Part shown: in pieces, positions 11,159 to 22,975 of the stretch | Numbering within the stretch: the first letter of the stretch is position 1 | Layout of the letters: the number at the start of each line of letters is the position of its first letter | NCBI GenBank assembly: GCA_017499595.2 | Contig: CM039003.1 | Span: 1,240,001-1,304,000, forward strand | Length of the DNA: 64,000 bases | Direction of reading: 5' to 3' | Origin: Psilocybe cubensis | Taxonomy: Eukaryota | Notes under the pieces: generated by a model | What the model was told of the DNA's origin: nothing | The model's input: only the letters and a program-made list of their open reading frames with translations | Database searches by the model: none | Made by a program: the position numbers and the translations under genes

Positions 11159-12289
11159 ATGGACCCAAACTATAACCAATACGCTGCGCAGGCCCTCATG
11201 GACCAAGGGTACTGCGACGCCCGAAAATCGATACACGATGCTATGCCGGTGGTAGACTTTCAGGTATTTTACATATTCATATGGATGGACGAACATACTG
11301 ACGATTCCAAAAACACGATTGACAGCTCGAAGATCATAGAGTGGTCTACGTAGAACAACCTCGCTCGTGGAGAATTACACGAACGAATTCCACTGAAGAA
11401 CAAAACTTCTACGTGTACGGCGCAATATGCAGAAACGAATTGCCGCCTATTAAATTAAGGTAAATGATATAACTATATATACAAAATGCATACCCAACTG
11501 ACCCAATCGTAGTGACGCAACACCGTCTATGAAGAAGAAAGCGATATATCTTCGACAGGGAGTTAGAATTACCGGACTGCGGAGCAACGGATTCAACGAC
11601 GATGCGGTTAGTATAAAGCATGTACACGAGATGATGAAGACATACCTCAAAAAGGAAGACATAGAGGTAAAGCCGTGGAACTTAAGCATGTACGAAGGTC
11701 ATTGGGCGGTCGACGCAAGTACGCGTTACTTCACACCTAGAAAGCATGCGCCGACAGAAGCAGGACTGGCGTTCGATATGGGTGTAGATCCAGACGGCGT
11801 GTTGGCGCACATGAGAGGAGACGATCTCATACACACCATGGACAACAAGGTCGACTATTTGCGAGAAGTCAAAAACGATAACGGTACAAGGTGAGCTTTG
11901 TGGTACATCTCATACACAGCGGCATACTAACAGTATCCGATCAATGACTCAGCACATCGCGTGTGGTTCCCAGCGTGTTCAAAGTTGGAGACATAGTCCG
12001 AGCGACCATAGCATTCATAGGAGTGATGCACAAAGACAAAGCTGTCGCGATGACCACAGTTCTGAGAGCGCTTACGCTCATACATGATGTGGTTAGTGAG
12101 GCAAGCATGTTCAGGGAAAATGAATAACACTGACCTCACAAACAGCAAGACGTACGAAATGGCCCAGCAGAGTTCATAGAGAATGACGCAGAAATCGCGA
12201 AGATACCCGTCATGAAGCGCCGTCGAGTGTATGACGAAGATAGAGAAGTAAGACAAAAGATGGAGGACATGACCATACACAGAGAATAG
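11159..12289 (+). CDS. 5-exon hypothetical protein (299 aa); probable Helitron accessory gene
   Basis: Exons 11159-11263, 11326-11459, 11513-11890, 11953-12091 and 12146-12289 with GT-AG introns and CTRAC branch points give an open 900-nt CDS (…FYVYGAICRNELPP…DPDGVL…HTMDNKVDY…FKVGDIVRATIAF…VLRALTLIHD…). Confidence 0.82.
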
Positions 12290-14489
12290 AAGAGAAATGA
12301 ATATCTTATATTAAAAACATTAGTTGTTAGTATATAACTGCACATTACGCTGACAGAAAGACATAAACAGTTGAAAGACTACATGGCTATCAGGATGGAA
12401 TCTTCACATCAACATCATTTAGAGCGCGATAAAGCAGATAAAGCAGTAGACATATCCACGAGAAATAGACGGCCTAACAGAGACGCATATTGAGGCAGCT
12501 TATGCACAATAAGTACAGACAAGTACATAAAAATATGGTACTGTAGCGAAAACAAAGGAAAGGAATCAAATATAACGACAACGCGCACAGACGGCAACTA
12601 ACATAGAGGATGAGGAAGAGAGAGAGAAAAGGGGAAACAGTCTCACGGTGCGGCATAAACGAGCAGCTCGCGAAAAAATTTCGGCAATAAGCGAATGAAC
12701 AAAAGATCAGAATACATAAGCAGAACATTCATTTTGGGAAATAAATTCCCGCGGAAACGCATACCTGACATTGGCCACCTGAGAAAGGCCTGGGAAAAAG
12801 AACGAGTCTATACTCCGTATAGGACTCGTAACACCGAAAATATCATGTTTACTTGGCTGCTAGTAACGTAACGCCGACTTGAAGCGAAGCGCGCATAGCA
12901 CACAAGTAAGTAAGCAGATCACTCATGATCAGTTGATGAGACTTATTTGCCTCATGAGCCTGTGTAAATTCAATTTGTATACGAAAAAACAATTATTGCA
13001 GTGCAAACTGGAAGGAAAATCAAAGGAAAATCTGAACACCTCCGAGTCGGTTAAGCTGGGCCCTACTCAAGCGCGCTCGGCCCTTATAAATCTTCAAATG
13101 ATTGTTCAAAACTCGGTTTATTTAAATTTTATAGAGTCGACATGTAGCGTAGCCAGGACCAGGACTGCCGCCGGGGTCCGCCGCTCTCAGCGGCGCGTTG
13201 AATCAGACGCAAACAACAGAATATTCTGCGGGAAGGTTAACGCGTATTTTGATTGGGTACACCCAGTAGTGGGACTGGGAAGTGGGGTCGGAGATCACGG
13301 TATGTTCGGGAGAGACTTCAAACCAATCATCGAATGAGAATACAAATAATGCGTTGACAGGTTAACAGCCAATTCCTGAACATCATGAACCATGAGTTAT
13401 CATTGGATAGTCGGCTATTATCCAGCGGGGTGGTAGGCAGGTACATGGCCAATAGTGGTCTCCCCTTCAGCTGAAAATGTTTACTTATTGGATTACCTTA
13501 AATTACCCCGAGGGGAATTCAAGACGATTCCATAACATAACATAACGTACACCTAAGTTACACGCGCAGGATAACGAAAGTTCCTTAACCCATGTTCTGA
13601 TCATGATCACAATTATGATCATAATTAACCCTCTTTGACCCTCAGAAAAGCTTGAGTGCGGTGGGAACCCGTTGAGCGGTTCAGCCCTGCTCAGCCGGAA
13701 CCAGGCGCGCTGTCCGGTGTCACCCCTTCGCCATTTGGTCTACGCGATTTCGGAACACGGAGGGTACGTCCGAGGCTCAGGGCTGGTTTTATGTACGACT
13801 GCCGTATACGAGCTGGGAGAGTATTATAATATACTGTTAATACGCGTTTTTTGTGATGCATATGAGGGTTGGAGGTTTGGATTGAAGGTTAGATTTTGAG
13901 CGCCGAATGGGGGAGTGATTTACATAAATTCAACCTTAATAGCACCCTTCATGATCATTTCTTTTAGATTTACATCTGTTAGTATCTAGTGCATGGAATA
14001 AAGAATAATGGAAGCACTGACCATGATTGAATTTTCCTGAGTCTGCGAGCTTTCACTGACAATCAACTTGAATAAAAGCCTGGCTTGTGATGACTACTAT
14101 GCCAGGGATCCGAGTCGGACGTTCCGTTTCCGACGTCTTGCACGAAGTTGAAGCGTGAAGTGCATCCGTTCTATAGTATCTATCATCAATATTTACCGTT
14201 TACTTGGAGCCCCCGTCGAAGCGAAGCGCATGCATCATAATACTACGCTCATGATTTCATCCATGACGATGACGAACTATCCAATATCGAAATAGAATCA
14301 TTCCAGATTATGTTGATATGATATGATATGATATTATTAACAACTCAACATGAACAGACGCTGGGGCTGTAGGCTGCAGGCTCCATTATGATAGGACTCC
14401 ATCATCATGTGTTCGGAATTCAGAATACAAAAATCAGAATTGAGAACCAAATTAACAATAACTAGTACGAGCTTTAGAAGTCCTTCCAT

Positions 14490-14630
14490 GCATCTACCAT
14501 CTACCATCTACCATCGACCATCGACCACCTAACAGTACTAGTAAGTAAGTAGCAATCAGTAGCACCAGTAACAAGCACTAATACTAATACCAATACCAAT
14601 ACCAATACCAATACTAATAGCAGCAGCACA
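14490..14630. repeat. Compound microsatellite cluster (CATCTAC, ACCATCG, ATACCA/ATACTA, AGC units)
   Basis: Directly visible short tandem repeats. Confidence 0.8.
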
Positions 14631-15881
14631 TTACTTTAGTTCAAGTATCTGTATACCCGACCCAAATCTAACATTCTAATAATACAAATTGAAAAAGTGC
14701 GATTTACCCGGGCATTCAAGAATCGAAGTTAGCGTCGTGTATGGATTCCGTTGACGGTTGCGGGGTCTTTGGCTGGAGCCCTGGGTAAGTTCTAAGTTCT
14801 AAGGCAGGTGCGACTCCGAGGTATATATAGACGGGGCTTCTTTGATGCATATGACAGCAGTGTGCTACTTTTAGAACATGGAAAATAGTAATAATATAGA
14901 GCAGCCCGCGTTCAAGTTCTGCTCAGGCTGAGTTTGGGTTTAGCTGACTGACTGCCAGATTACTAAATTACTAGAGCACTAAAATACTGGTTGGTCTAGT
15001 GATGCGCTGTAGAATATGTTGGGTATTGAGGTATGCGCCGCCTTCAACAATTTCAAGTTCAAGTTCAAGCAAGTACGAGTTCAAATTCTTTTTTTACTTT
15101 CTTTCCTTTCTTATCTTTCCAACGTTTGGGGATAACATGAGACACCATTTGGTCCACTCAAATACAGATACAGACACAGGCGCAGACGCAGACGCAGAGA
15201 GACCTGGAACCAGAACCGTCTGGGCAGCCAGTGGTAGCTGACCTACATCACTACTAGTATTATGAAAATGTTAATTCTGGGCTGGGTTTCTGGCGGTACG
15301 CTGGCATAGTACGCACGGTACGAATGGCGTTTTAATTTTAATTTTTAATTTTTAATTTTGTGTGGGTGCGTATTTCATTTGTTCGAGACTTCGAGACGCT
15401 CGTGATCAGAGGCTTACTGGCACTTTCTTTCTTTCTTTCTTATTACTTGATTACTTCCTTGCTCTGAAAATGCAGTTCTAATTTCATGGCCGGATATCAC
15501 GCTATCACGTCTCTTCTGTACCTACTACCCTACTACCACTACTCCCACCACACGCCATACCATACCACGCAGAGCCCGCAGACACAGAGCCTGTACCTGT
15601 ACTAGAGTTAAAAATGAATGCTGACTATTTTTATCCACACTGACACTCATCTATTATTATCAATTCTCATAGAACCTACCTAGACCTAGACCCCATGGCC
15701 ATTGTCATTTACAATGTTACATACATACATACTTCAATACTTACTACATACAAACTAACTTCTTCCATGTTGTCTGTCCTGTCGCTGTTTGTATGGTTTA
15801 TATGGTTCATGGAGTGTAATGGGGGTATCTCAGTAGTTGCGCGTGGGTTTTGTTATGCCAGCGTACGCCGTATGTACAGTA

Positions 15882-16695
15882 CTATCTACTATCGGTACTT
15901 GAAATTGAAGTATTAACGTTGAAGCCGTCGTCGTCGTCGTCGTCGTCGGGGAGCAATGTGATTGTTCTCAGCTCTGCACTGCTCAGCTGTGGCGACGACG
16001 GGACGGTGGTGCCTTTACGACCCGTTCGAATTTGAAGGAATTTCATACCTGCATACTTATATTATAATTAGGGGTCATCGTGGTAATGGATATAATGGAC
16101 GTGAGATGCACGAGGCCGATGCGCGATGTGCGAGGTGTAAATTCATATTCATATTCATATTATAATAATCATAATCCGCCGAGTCGTCGCTCAGAGCTTC
16201 AGACTGCAGGCTGAGGTAGAGGTAGGGGTAAGGGTACCTAACACTTTTCTTGTCTTGTCTTGTCTTGTCTTGATAGAGATAGAGATAGAGACAGGGGTAG
16301 TATGTGACTGTGCACTTACTTATCACAAGCGCCAGCACTGCAGTCCGTCCGAGTACCTGCATATAAATGAGCACCACAAAGGCACTAGCCCATTGATGGT
16401 CCCCCAAGGCCCAGTCCCACGCACGCGAGAAAACATTGTCCATGTCAGTGCGTTTGCGTTTGTGGTTTAGGCGCGCCATCCTGTAGGCTCTGCGTAAGGC
16501 CTAAGTGATAGCCGCCGTGAGCGTGGCCTGTATACTTGAACTTGTCTTAGACTTAGCCTTAGCCTTCGCGTGGGCGTGGGTGTGCGAGCGCGTTGCGGAT
16601 GAAAGTTTGACAAGTAAACAGAGCTCAGAGGGAGACGGCCCGATGTACGGTACAGTATACGAGAGAGTAAACGACTTGCGAGTCGTGGACGGCAC
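15882..16695 (-). pseudogene. Small or degenerate membrane-protein-like gene fragment
   Basis: ORFs 16501-16695 and 16075-16479 share a frame across a single TAG. A hydrophobic segment (WASAFVVLIYMQVLGRTAVLALVI) ends at a GTAAGT donor (16319) that splices in frame to exon 16048-15882. Confidence 0.3.
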
Positions 16696-17519
16696 AGCTT
16701 GGCGTTGATGTTGAATCCGTTGAATCGCTGATGTGCATTGGCGATGATGATGTTAATGATGATGATGATGATAGACTTAATGCGCCCGGAGCGAATCTGC
16801 AACTGCATACTGCACGCACCGTTGGCGTTGCCTGCCAACTTTGAGACTAAATTACAGCACGCAAAGCAGGTCAACTCTCGAGCGAGCGGAGATGGCAGAA
16901 GAGACGTGGACGTGATAAATGGCGGTTGGCAAGAAGAGTGAAAGGCGAATTAGTTGCGGTATACTGGATTCTCCTGCCAGTGCAATGGTGGAGGTAGTAT
17001 ACCTATACCTATCTTTACACAGTGCGGCGGCGGGAGTGAAACGCCGAGTCGCTCGCAATAAGATTAAGACTCAGAGCCAGGGCAGGATTGAGGGAAGCTC
17101 GAGGCTCAAGGGTTAGCGCAGGCAAAAAGGATTTTTGCAGACGTTGAAATGAAATGAAATGAAGTGCCAAAGCTAAAAACGTGTTGTGAATGGAGGGAGA
17201 GCGTTGTTAAGGAATTGACGATAAGGAAATATTTGGGAGGAAGATTGATGGGATGTGGAGTTGACAGGAGAGATGTATCGGGGTGGATTGGGAAAGGACA
17301 GGCAGAGACCTTGACGAGATTTTCATTGATGATGTGATATTTAAGCTTTAAAGCGATTCACAGGGAAAAAGAAAAGGGAAAAGCAAAGAGGGGAGCCGAA
17401 AAAGGCTAGCTCGCTTCGGTCTTCGCTTCAATCCAACCTCTTATTATGACCCTGCCTTGGCTTCTCCTTCCTCTTTTTTTGGCCTTCCCTCTCCCGCCAT
17501 ATCCCTCCCCCCGCCATCC

Positions 17520-20074
17520 ATGTCCTCCAGGATTCACAAAAAGTTTATACATACCCAGCCAAAGACCTACAAACTCACCCTCAACGCCGTTCTCTCCTTT
17601 CCTGTCCGTATCTCCTCCCCCTTTCCAGTGCCTGTCCTCACTTTCACTTCCAGTTCCGTATCTGCAATCCGCCCCCGGCTGTGGGCAAGGTCAGATCATG
17701 CAGCGGTGAGCACCGACCGTTCTCATCGCGTTGCGTTTGCTTATCGTTCCCAGTGACCCCCCTGCTACGGGTGCGCCTCGAAGATGTGTTGGACAGGAAA
17801 CATCTGCCCCCGCTCGGTCAGTTTGATCTTTATCTCGCGTCTTCATATCCACTAAACGCTGCTCTCCAGGCCTCAAGGACTTTGAGGTAACGCTAAGCGA
17901 TACATAGAATGAATGACGCACGAGTTAATAAAACACAATTACTAGGAATGGCTTCTTTTCGTCGAATTGAGCCCGGAAAATCTGTGCGTTCATTAACCCA
18001 TCTCACCTTGCTTGGCCCATGTGCTCATCATCGCCAAAGCTACTTCATCCTCTGGCTGCGCGAGTACAAGCAGCGGTACAACCAATGGAAAGCCCAGTCC
18101 GCGTTCCAAAGCAGAAACGCGCCGACGGACGACTGGTCGCAGCAGCACTCCTCCCACCTCGCCATGTTCTACACCCGCGCCAAGCAGACCTTCCTCACCC
18201 CAGGCTCCGAATACGAGCTCAACCTCACCTCCAACCTCCTCGCCCCTTTCCACACCCCGAACCCCTCCTCCCCGCACCCGGACCCCGCCCTCTTCCTCGA
18301 CGTCGAGCTCGAGACCTTCCGCACCCTCGAAGAGAGCCTCCGCCGCTTCGTCAACGCCCAGCTCAACAACGTCGGCAACAGCCGCGTCCTCTGCGGCATC
18401 ATCGCAGGCATCGTCTTCTCCCTCGCAGGCGCCGTCCCGCCCCTCGTCGTCAACTTCACCCGCGGACACTCGCGCTGGTCGCGTCTCACCGCCGTCCCGG
18501 GCCTCTGGCTCGGTCTCACCATCGTCCTGGCCGCATTGCACGGTGTGTGTCTGGCGGTGTACATCTTTGGCGATCTCCGCCAGCTGCGCAAGTTTGAGCT
18601 CGCGCGCCCGCCGATCTCGAAGCCGAAGCCGCTGCCCGCGTTCAAACCCAACTCGTTCATCCCCGCCACGCGCCCGCTATCCTTTGCCGACCCCTCGACG
18701 CTGCCTATGCAGCAGCGGCCGGGGACAGGAACGACACCTGGCGTGGTCGTTCCGACGCCGATTACAGACATCCCGCACCCGATCGTGGGGACGCAGACGA
18801 GCAACATTGCTAGCGCGCAGGGCCACACGCGGTCGCGTGTGACGTCGACGACATCGACGCGCGTGAGCGAGGAGAGCGCGCGGACGGAGTCGACGGACGA
18901 CCGGATCCACATCTCGCCCGCGTACTACGACGAGGAAGACGACGACGACAACGACGAGTGTCTGTACTACTCCGCGCCCGAGGAGAAGGGCGGTGCGTCC
19001 GCGACAACGGCGGGGGCGGCGGGTGCTGCCGCTATTACACCGGACAATGGTGGGTTGAAGGAGGGGGCGTTCAGCGCGACGGCTGCGTTTATCCGCCCGT
19101 TTGAGCCGATGACGGATGATGAGTATGAGTTGGACAGGTCGCTTGCGATGCCTGCGAAGCATCAGGTTATGACCTCGTTCAACTTTGACGCGCTCCCTAG
19201 CAGACCTTACTTTCCCGACTCTGACGACGACGACGACATCCATACCCACCCCCACACACGCAGCGCAACCAGCTCCAGCACCACCAACACAATCCCAACT
19301 CCAATACCATCACCATCATCACCCGCAGCAGCAGCACTACCCCCCTCACTCTCGCACTCCCGCCCGCCCCTCCCCCACATCAACACCTTCCTCCCACCCC
19401 AGCACACCCACATCGCAATTTCATGCCCCCCAGAACCAGCCGCATCCCCCAGCTTCATCGCGCGCATCCAGGAGCGGTGTAATATACCCAAGTGGCGCTT
19501 GCAGACGGGGTATTTGGAGCCGAGTTCGCCTGCTAGTGTGAGTAGTTCTAGTCGGTGGACTAGTAGAGGCGCAGGGAGGGGTATGGGGGCAGGGAGGGGG
19601 ACGGGGACGGGGACAGGGGGAAGCCCGCTGCCGCACTCGAGCAGCCCTTTTTGGACGCAGACGCATCATAGAGCGAATGCGTATTCGACGTCGTCCATGT
19701 CCATGTCGATGTCTGCGTCCATGTCCATGTCGTTACCTTCTCCCTCCCCACTCGTGCCTAAATCCGAGTCTGACTTGGATCCCACCGACGAAAAACTAAC
19801 ACGCAAATCCAAATCCAAATCCAAAAGCAAAGAGAAAGGGAAAGGAAAATCCAGAGGCCCAGAAAAAGAATCCAAAGTACACCGCCGCTTCCGACTCATG
19901 AACGCCGTGCCGGCGTTCGCGGTCCCGCTGACGCGCGTGCTGAGCCCGGTTATTGTGCGTGGGCAGTGGGAGATTGTGGTGAGGTCGGCGGTGGTGGCGT
20001 TTGTGGTTGCGTGGGTGCTTGTGGGGAGTTTGTTGGCTGTGCCGCCGGTTGGTGGGGGGAGGGGTGGGACGTAG
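17520..20074 (+). CDS. RGS-domain membrane protein (Rax1-like fungal family)
   Basis: Spliced N-terminus MSSRIHKK…FRICNPPPAVGKVRSC…RLEDVLDRKHLPPLGLKDFEEWLLFVELSPENLYFILWL (RGS signature), followed by two TM segments, a long low-complexity loop and a C-terminal TM helix. Confidence 0.8.
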
Positions 20075-21189
20075 GGTGTGTGGGGGTGGAGGAAGAGGTT
20101 GAAGGTTTGAAATTTGAAGCTTTGAAGAGGAAGTGGTGGTGGTGGTTGAAGAGGAGGAGGAGGGAGGAGGAGGAGGAAAGAGCGAAGTTATGCTGATAAT
20201 TGATTTGCGTTATACGTTATACGTTAACGTTTCACTATTAATTGGTGAAACGTACGCACGGTCGGCGTCGACCATCGTTCTTGGAATAGCGTCTCTTCAG
20301 GTCGCACGAAACACACCCCCGGCCCCCCGCTCTGTCAAGAAGTTCTAAAAATAGGATGGCTTTTCGTCCTTTGGCCTAACCGCCCGCCCGCCCGCCCGTC
20401 TGGCATAAGGGGTCTCTCTGGTCACCTCACCCTCACTTGCGACACTGTCTCTCTTTTCTTTGTTTTTCTTTCTATGCATGCATGCTTGTTTCTCTCATTT
20501 TCCAGTATTCACTTTTTTCATTTTTTTTGGCTTCTGACGTGCTCAATTTTTTCTCTTTCTTTCTCGGTCGCTGTATCAACAACATCAACAACAATCTGGT
20601 TCTGAATCTGAAGTTTGAATTTGAACTCTCACCACACTGCACTGTATCAATTTTCAATTTTTTTTCTCCTCCTTGTCCTCCTCCTTCCTCCTCCTCCTTC
20701 CTCCTCCTCCTCCGACGATGGCTCTTTTCTCTTATTTTATTCTCTTTATCGTTTCTTGGTCCTTGAATTTTTTTTTGTACTACATACACCCTCCTCTTTC
20801 TCTTTCTCCTCCTCCCTCCCTCTTACCACTCCTCATCATACCCCCGCCCGCCCCCACCACCACATCGTTATCGTTATCGTTATTCGTATGAACAACCTTT
20901 GACTCGACTCGACTCTGAAGACGACACCCATCCACCCCCATCCATCCACACACACATACACACACACAGAGAGAGACACAGACAGTCATACCCACACCAC
21001 AACTCTACGAGTACGAACGCAATATGACCGTGCATACCCAGCCTCTGCCCCTGCCCGTGCGGCGTGTGGAGTGTCGTTTTATATCCTTGATATCCGTTTG
21101 CGTTTGCGTTTCCGTCTCGTCTCGTCTTCGCACTGCATGGTGCACCCCTATCTTTGTCCATAACCCCTATCTCTATCTCTATCCTCGAC

Positions 21190-21320
21190 GATCCGACTAT
21201 CCGACTGCCTGATTACCCGACTACCCACCTACCCCTACTGCACTACCCGACTGCACTACCCTTCTGCACTACCCGACTACCCAACTGCCTGACTGCACTA
21301 CCGAACTGCACTACCCCTTT
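21190..21320. repeat. Degenerate tandem repeat of CCGACT/GCACTAC-type units
   Basis: Visible reiteration of (ccgact, gcactacc) motifs inside a pyrimidine-rich low-complexity block. Confidence 0.65.
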
Positions 21321-22975
21321 TGCACTTTTTCATATTCATATCTCATTTACCAGAACCAGAACCAGCACGCACTAGCACTAGCACGATACGCTTTATAGTA
21401 CTCACTTATACTCACTCTCTCACCTCACTCTCTTCTCACTCACTCTTTCTTTTTTTCTTTCTTTGCTTCAACTTCTTCAATTTCCTGACACTCAGCACTC
21501 AATTCAACACTCAATTTCATCCACCTTTTCCTTTTCCTTCCAATCAAAAACTTTGACACTGCACACTGCACAGTTTTTCGCCGCTCATTTCTTTGTTTTA
21601 AAGACATACGTATTTTAACTGCTTATCGTTATTACCCTCTCTTTCTCTCTCTTTCTCATTCTCTCTTCCTCATCCTGCTTTCTTTCTCTTTTTTTCTCCT
21701 ACTCCGAGTCATTTTCCTTTTCTTTTTTTGTATGCACATTGCAACTTGTACATATTGTCTTGTATGCAACGCGACTGCGCAACTTGGCAAATTTTGGACC
21801 TGGACCTGGACCTGGACTTGAGATCTGAACGATATTGATTGTGTATCATATCCTATGCTGCAGTACAGTGTCCAGCACGCTGCGTTAACACTCAACTTCA
21901 TGACACTGCACATATGATTTTCGAGGTGTATTGCTATTTTGTCTGAGTACATGAAGACGATATAAACAGCGACCATGATCAATAGCGTTGACTCTGAGTA
22001 AGTAGAGTGGTATGCACAAGTTAGATAGATATTCACCTGCCTGTCTGTCTGAATTTTGAAAACCTTGTCGAACGCTCGCTGAATTCATGTGTAACGTGTT
22101 GTTGTTGCTGTACTAAATATTACCTTACTTACATCCGTTCTTTTTTTCATTTTAGATAGCATAGCTCATTAATTAAACTTCCATTTGTCATTGTATTTTT
22201 GTTGTTTTATCATAAAGATGGATAGAAACTGTCATTAGACTACCATGGGTTTATTATAACAATGATCATGATTCAAAGCATCTCGACAGTCCACCTGGCA
22301 TGTAGTAGCTTTCACATCTTGTAAAGATACCTATTGATACATACATAATACTTTAATGTATAGTACTATAATACCTACTGCGTTTCAATTCAATTTATTT
22401 AACCAAGGTGGCAATTGTAATTATAAAGAGATTAGTACATTTACACAGTGCCAGTGGACAGTTGATATTTGATCCTGGCTCTCAGGACAGCACAAGTCTG
22501 TTTCATGAATTATGAATTATGATTTATGAATCGTGAATTGTGAATCGTGATCAAGGCCCATTCAACACATTGACGCCGTGACGTTCAGCGCTGAGCGCCG
22601 TAAGACCGACACCACACGCGTCCGAGCCAGGCTCGAATTCGAACCGAGTCCAAACGTTTGAACGGCTGATTGTCAAGAAGCCAAGTAGTCAAGGAATGCG
22701 ATTGCACGGGTGTTTGAAGATGTAGACGTAGACGTAGATATTGACTAACCTGTAGCATGATCTACAGACTCGATGTGCGCATACCTGAGTTTCTCAAGAG
22801 ATAAGCGTAGACTCGGCGGGATTGTCAACAACCTTTTTCAGAGACGAGTGACCAAGTTCAAAATCCTCCTATTCAAGAGCGCCGTAAACCACCTATCATC
22901 TACCCTACATAACAATAATCATATCAAATCAAAGCATCTGAATTCTGAATCCTAGCACCCACTACAAAGACACTC

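Larger units (their letters stand above)
1..13800 (-). mobile_element. Large Helitron-type rolling-circle transposon (3' part beyond the window; right boundary uncertain, between about 12.3 and 14.3 kb)
   Basis: RepHel coding region at 1-5981 plus two adjacent non-housekeeping genes. Host-like microsatellite-rich DNA resumes only at ~14.3 kb. The terminus was not pinned, so inclusion of the two neighbouring genes is an inference. Confidence 0.75.

Noticed and set aside
10259-11168. Several hydrophobic minus-strand ORFs
   Set aside because: They are artefacts of A-rich purine skew in the intergenic region (Phe/Leu/Val-rich), with no splice-consistent model.
12858-12895. GCGCTTCGC…CTAG on the minus strand as a canonical Helitron 3' end
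   Set aside because: The hairpin is incomplete, CTAG is not followed by T, and it lies on the wrong side of RepHel.
13650-13760. Minus-strand resemblance to SRP RNA (GGGGTGA..CCGG…GAGCAGG)
   Set aside because: There is no GNRA-capped helix-8 motif, and the similarity is short enough to be chance.
14110-14235. Degenerate hairpins (GTCGGA/TCCGAC; GCACGAAG…GTGC…CTATAG) resembling an old Helitron 3' end on the + strand
   Set aside because: They are too degenerate to support without copy alignments.
17993-19255. Long overlapping alternative-frame and antisense ORFs in the RGS gene (likewise in SOK1 and NUDCD1)
   Set aside because: These are expected shadows of GC-rich coding sequence.
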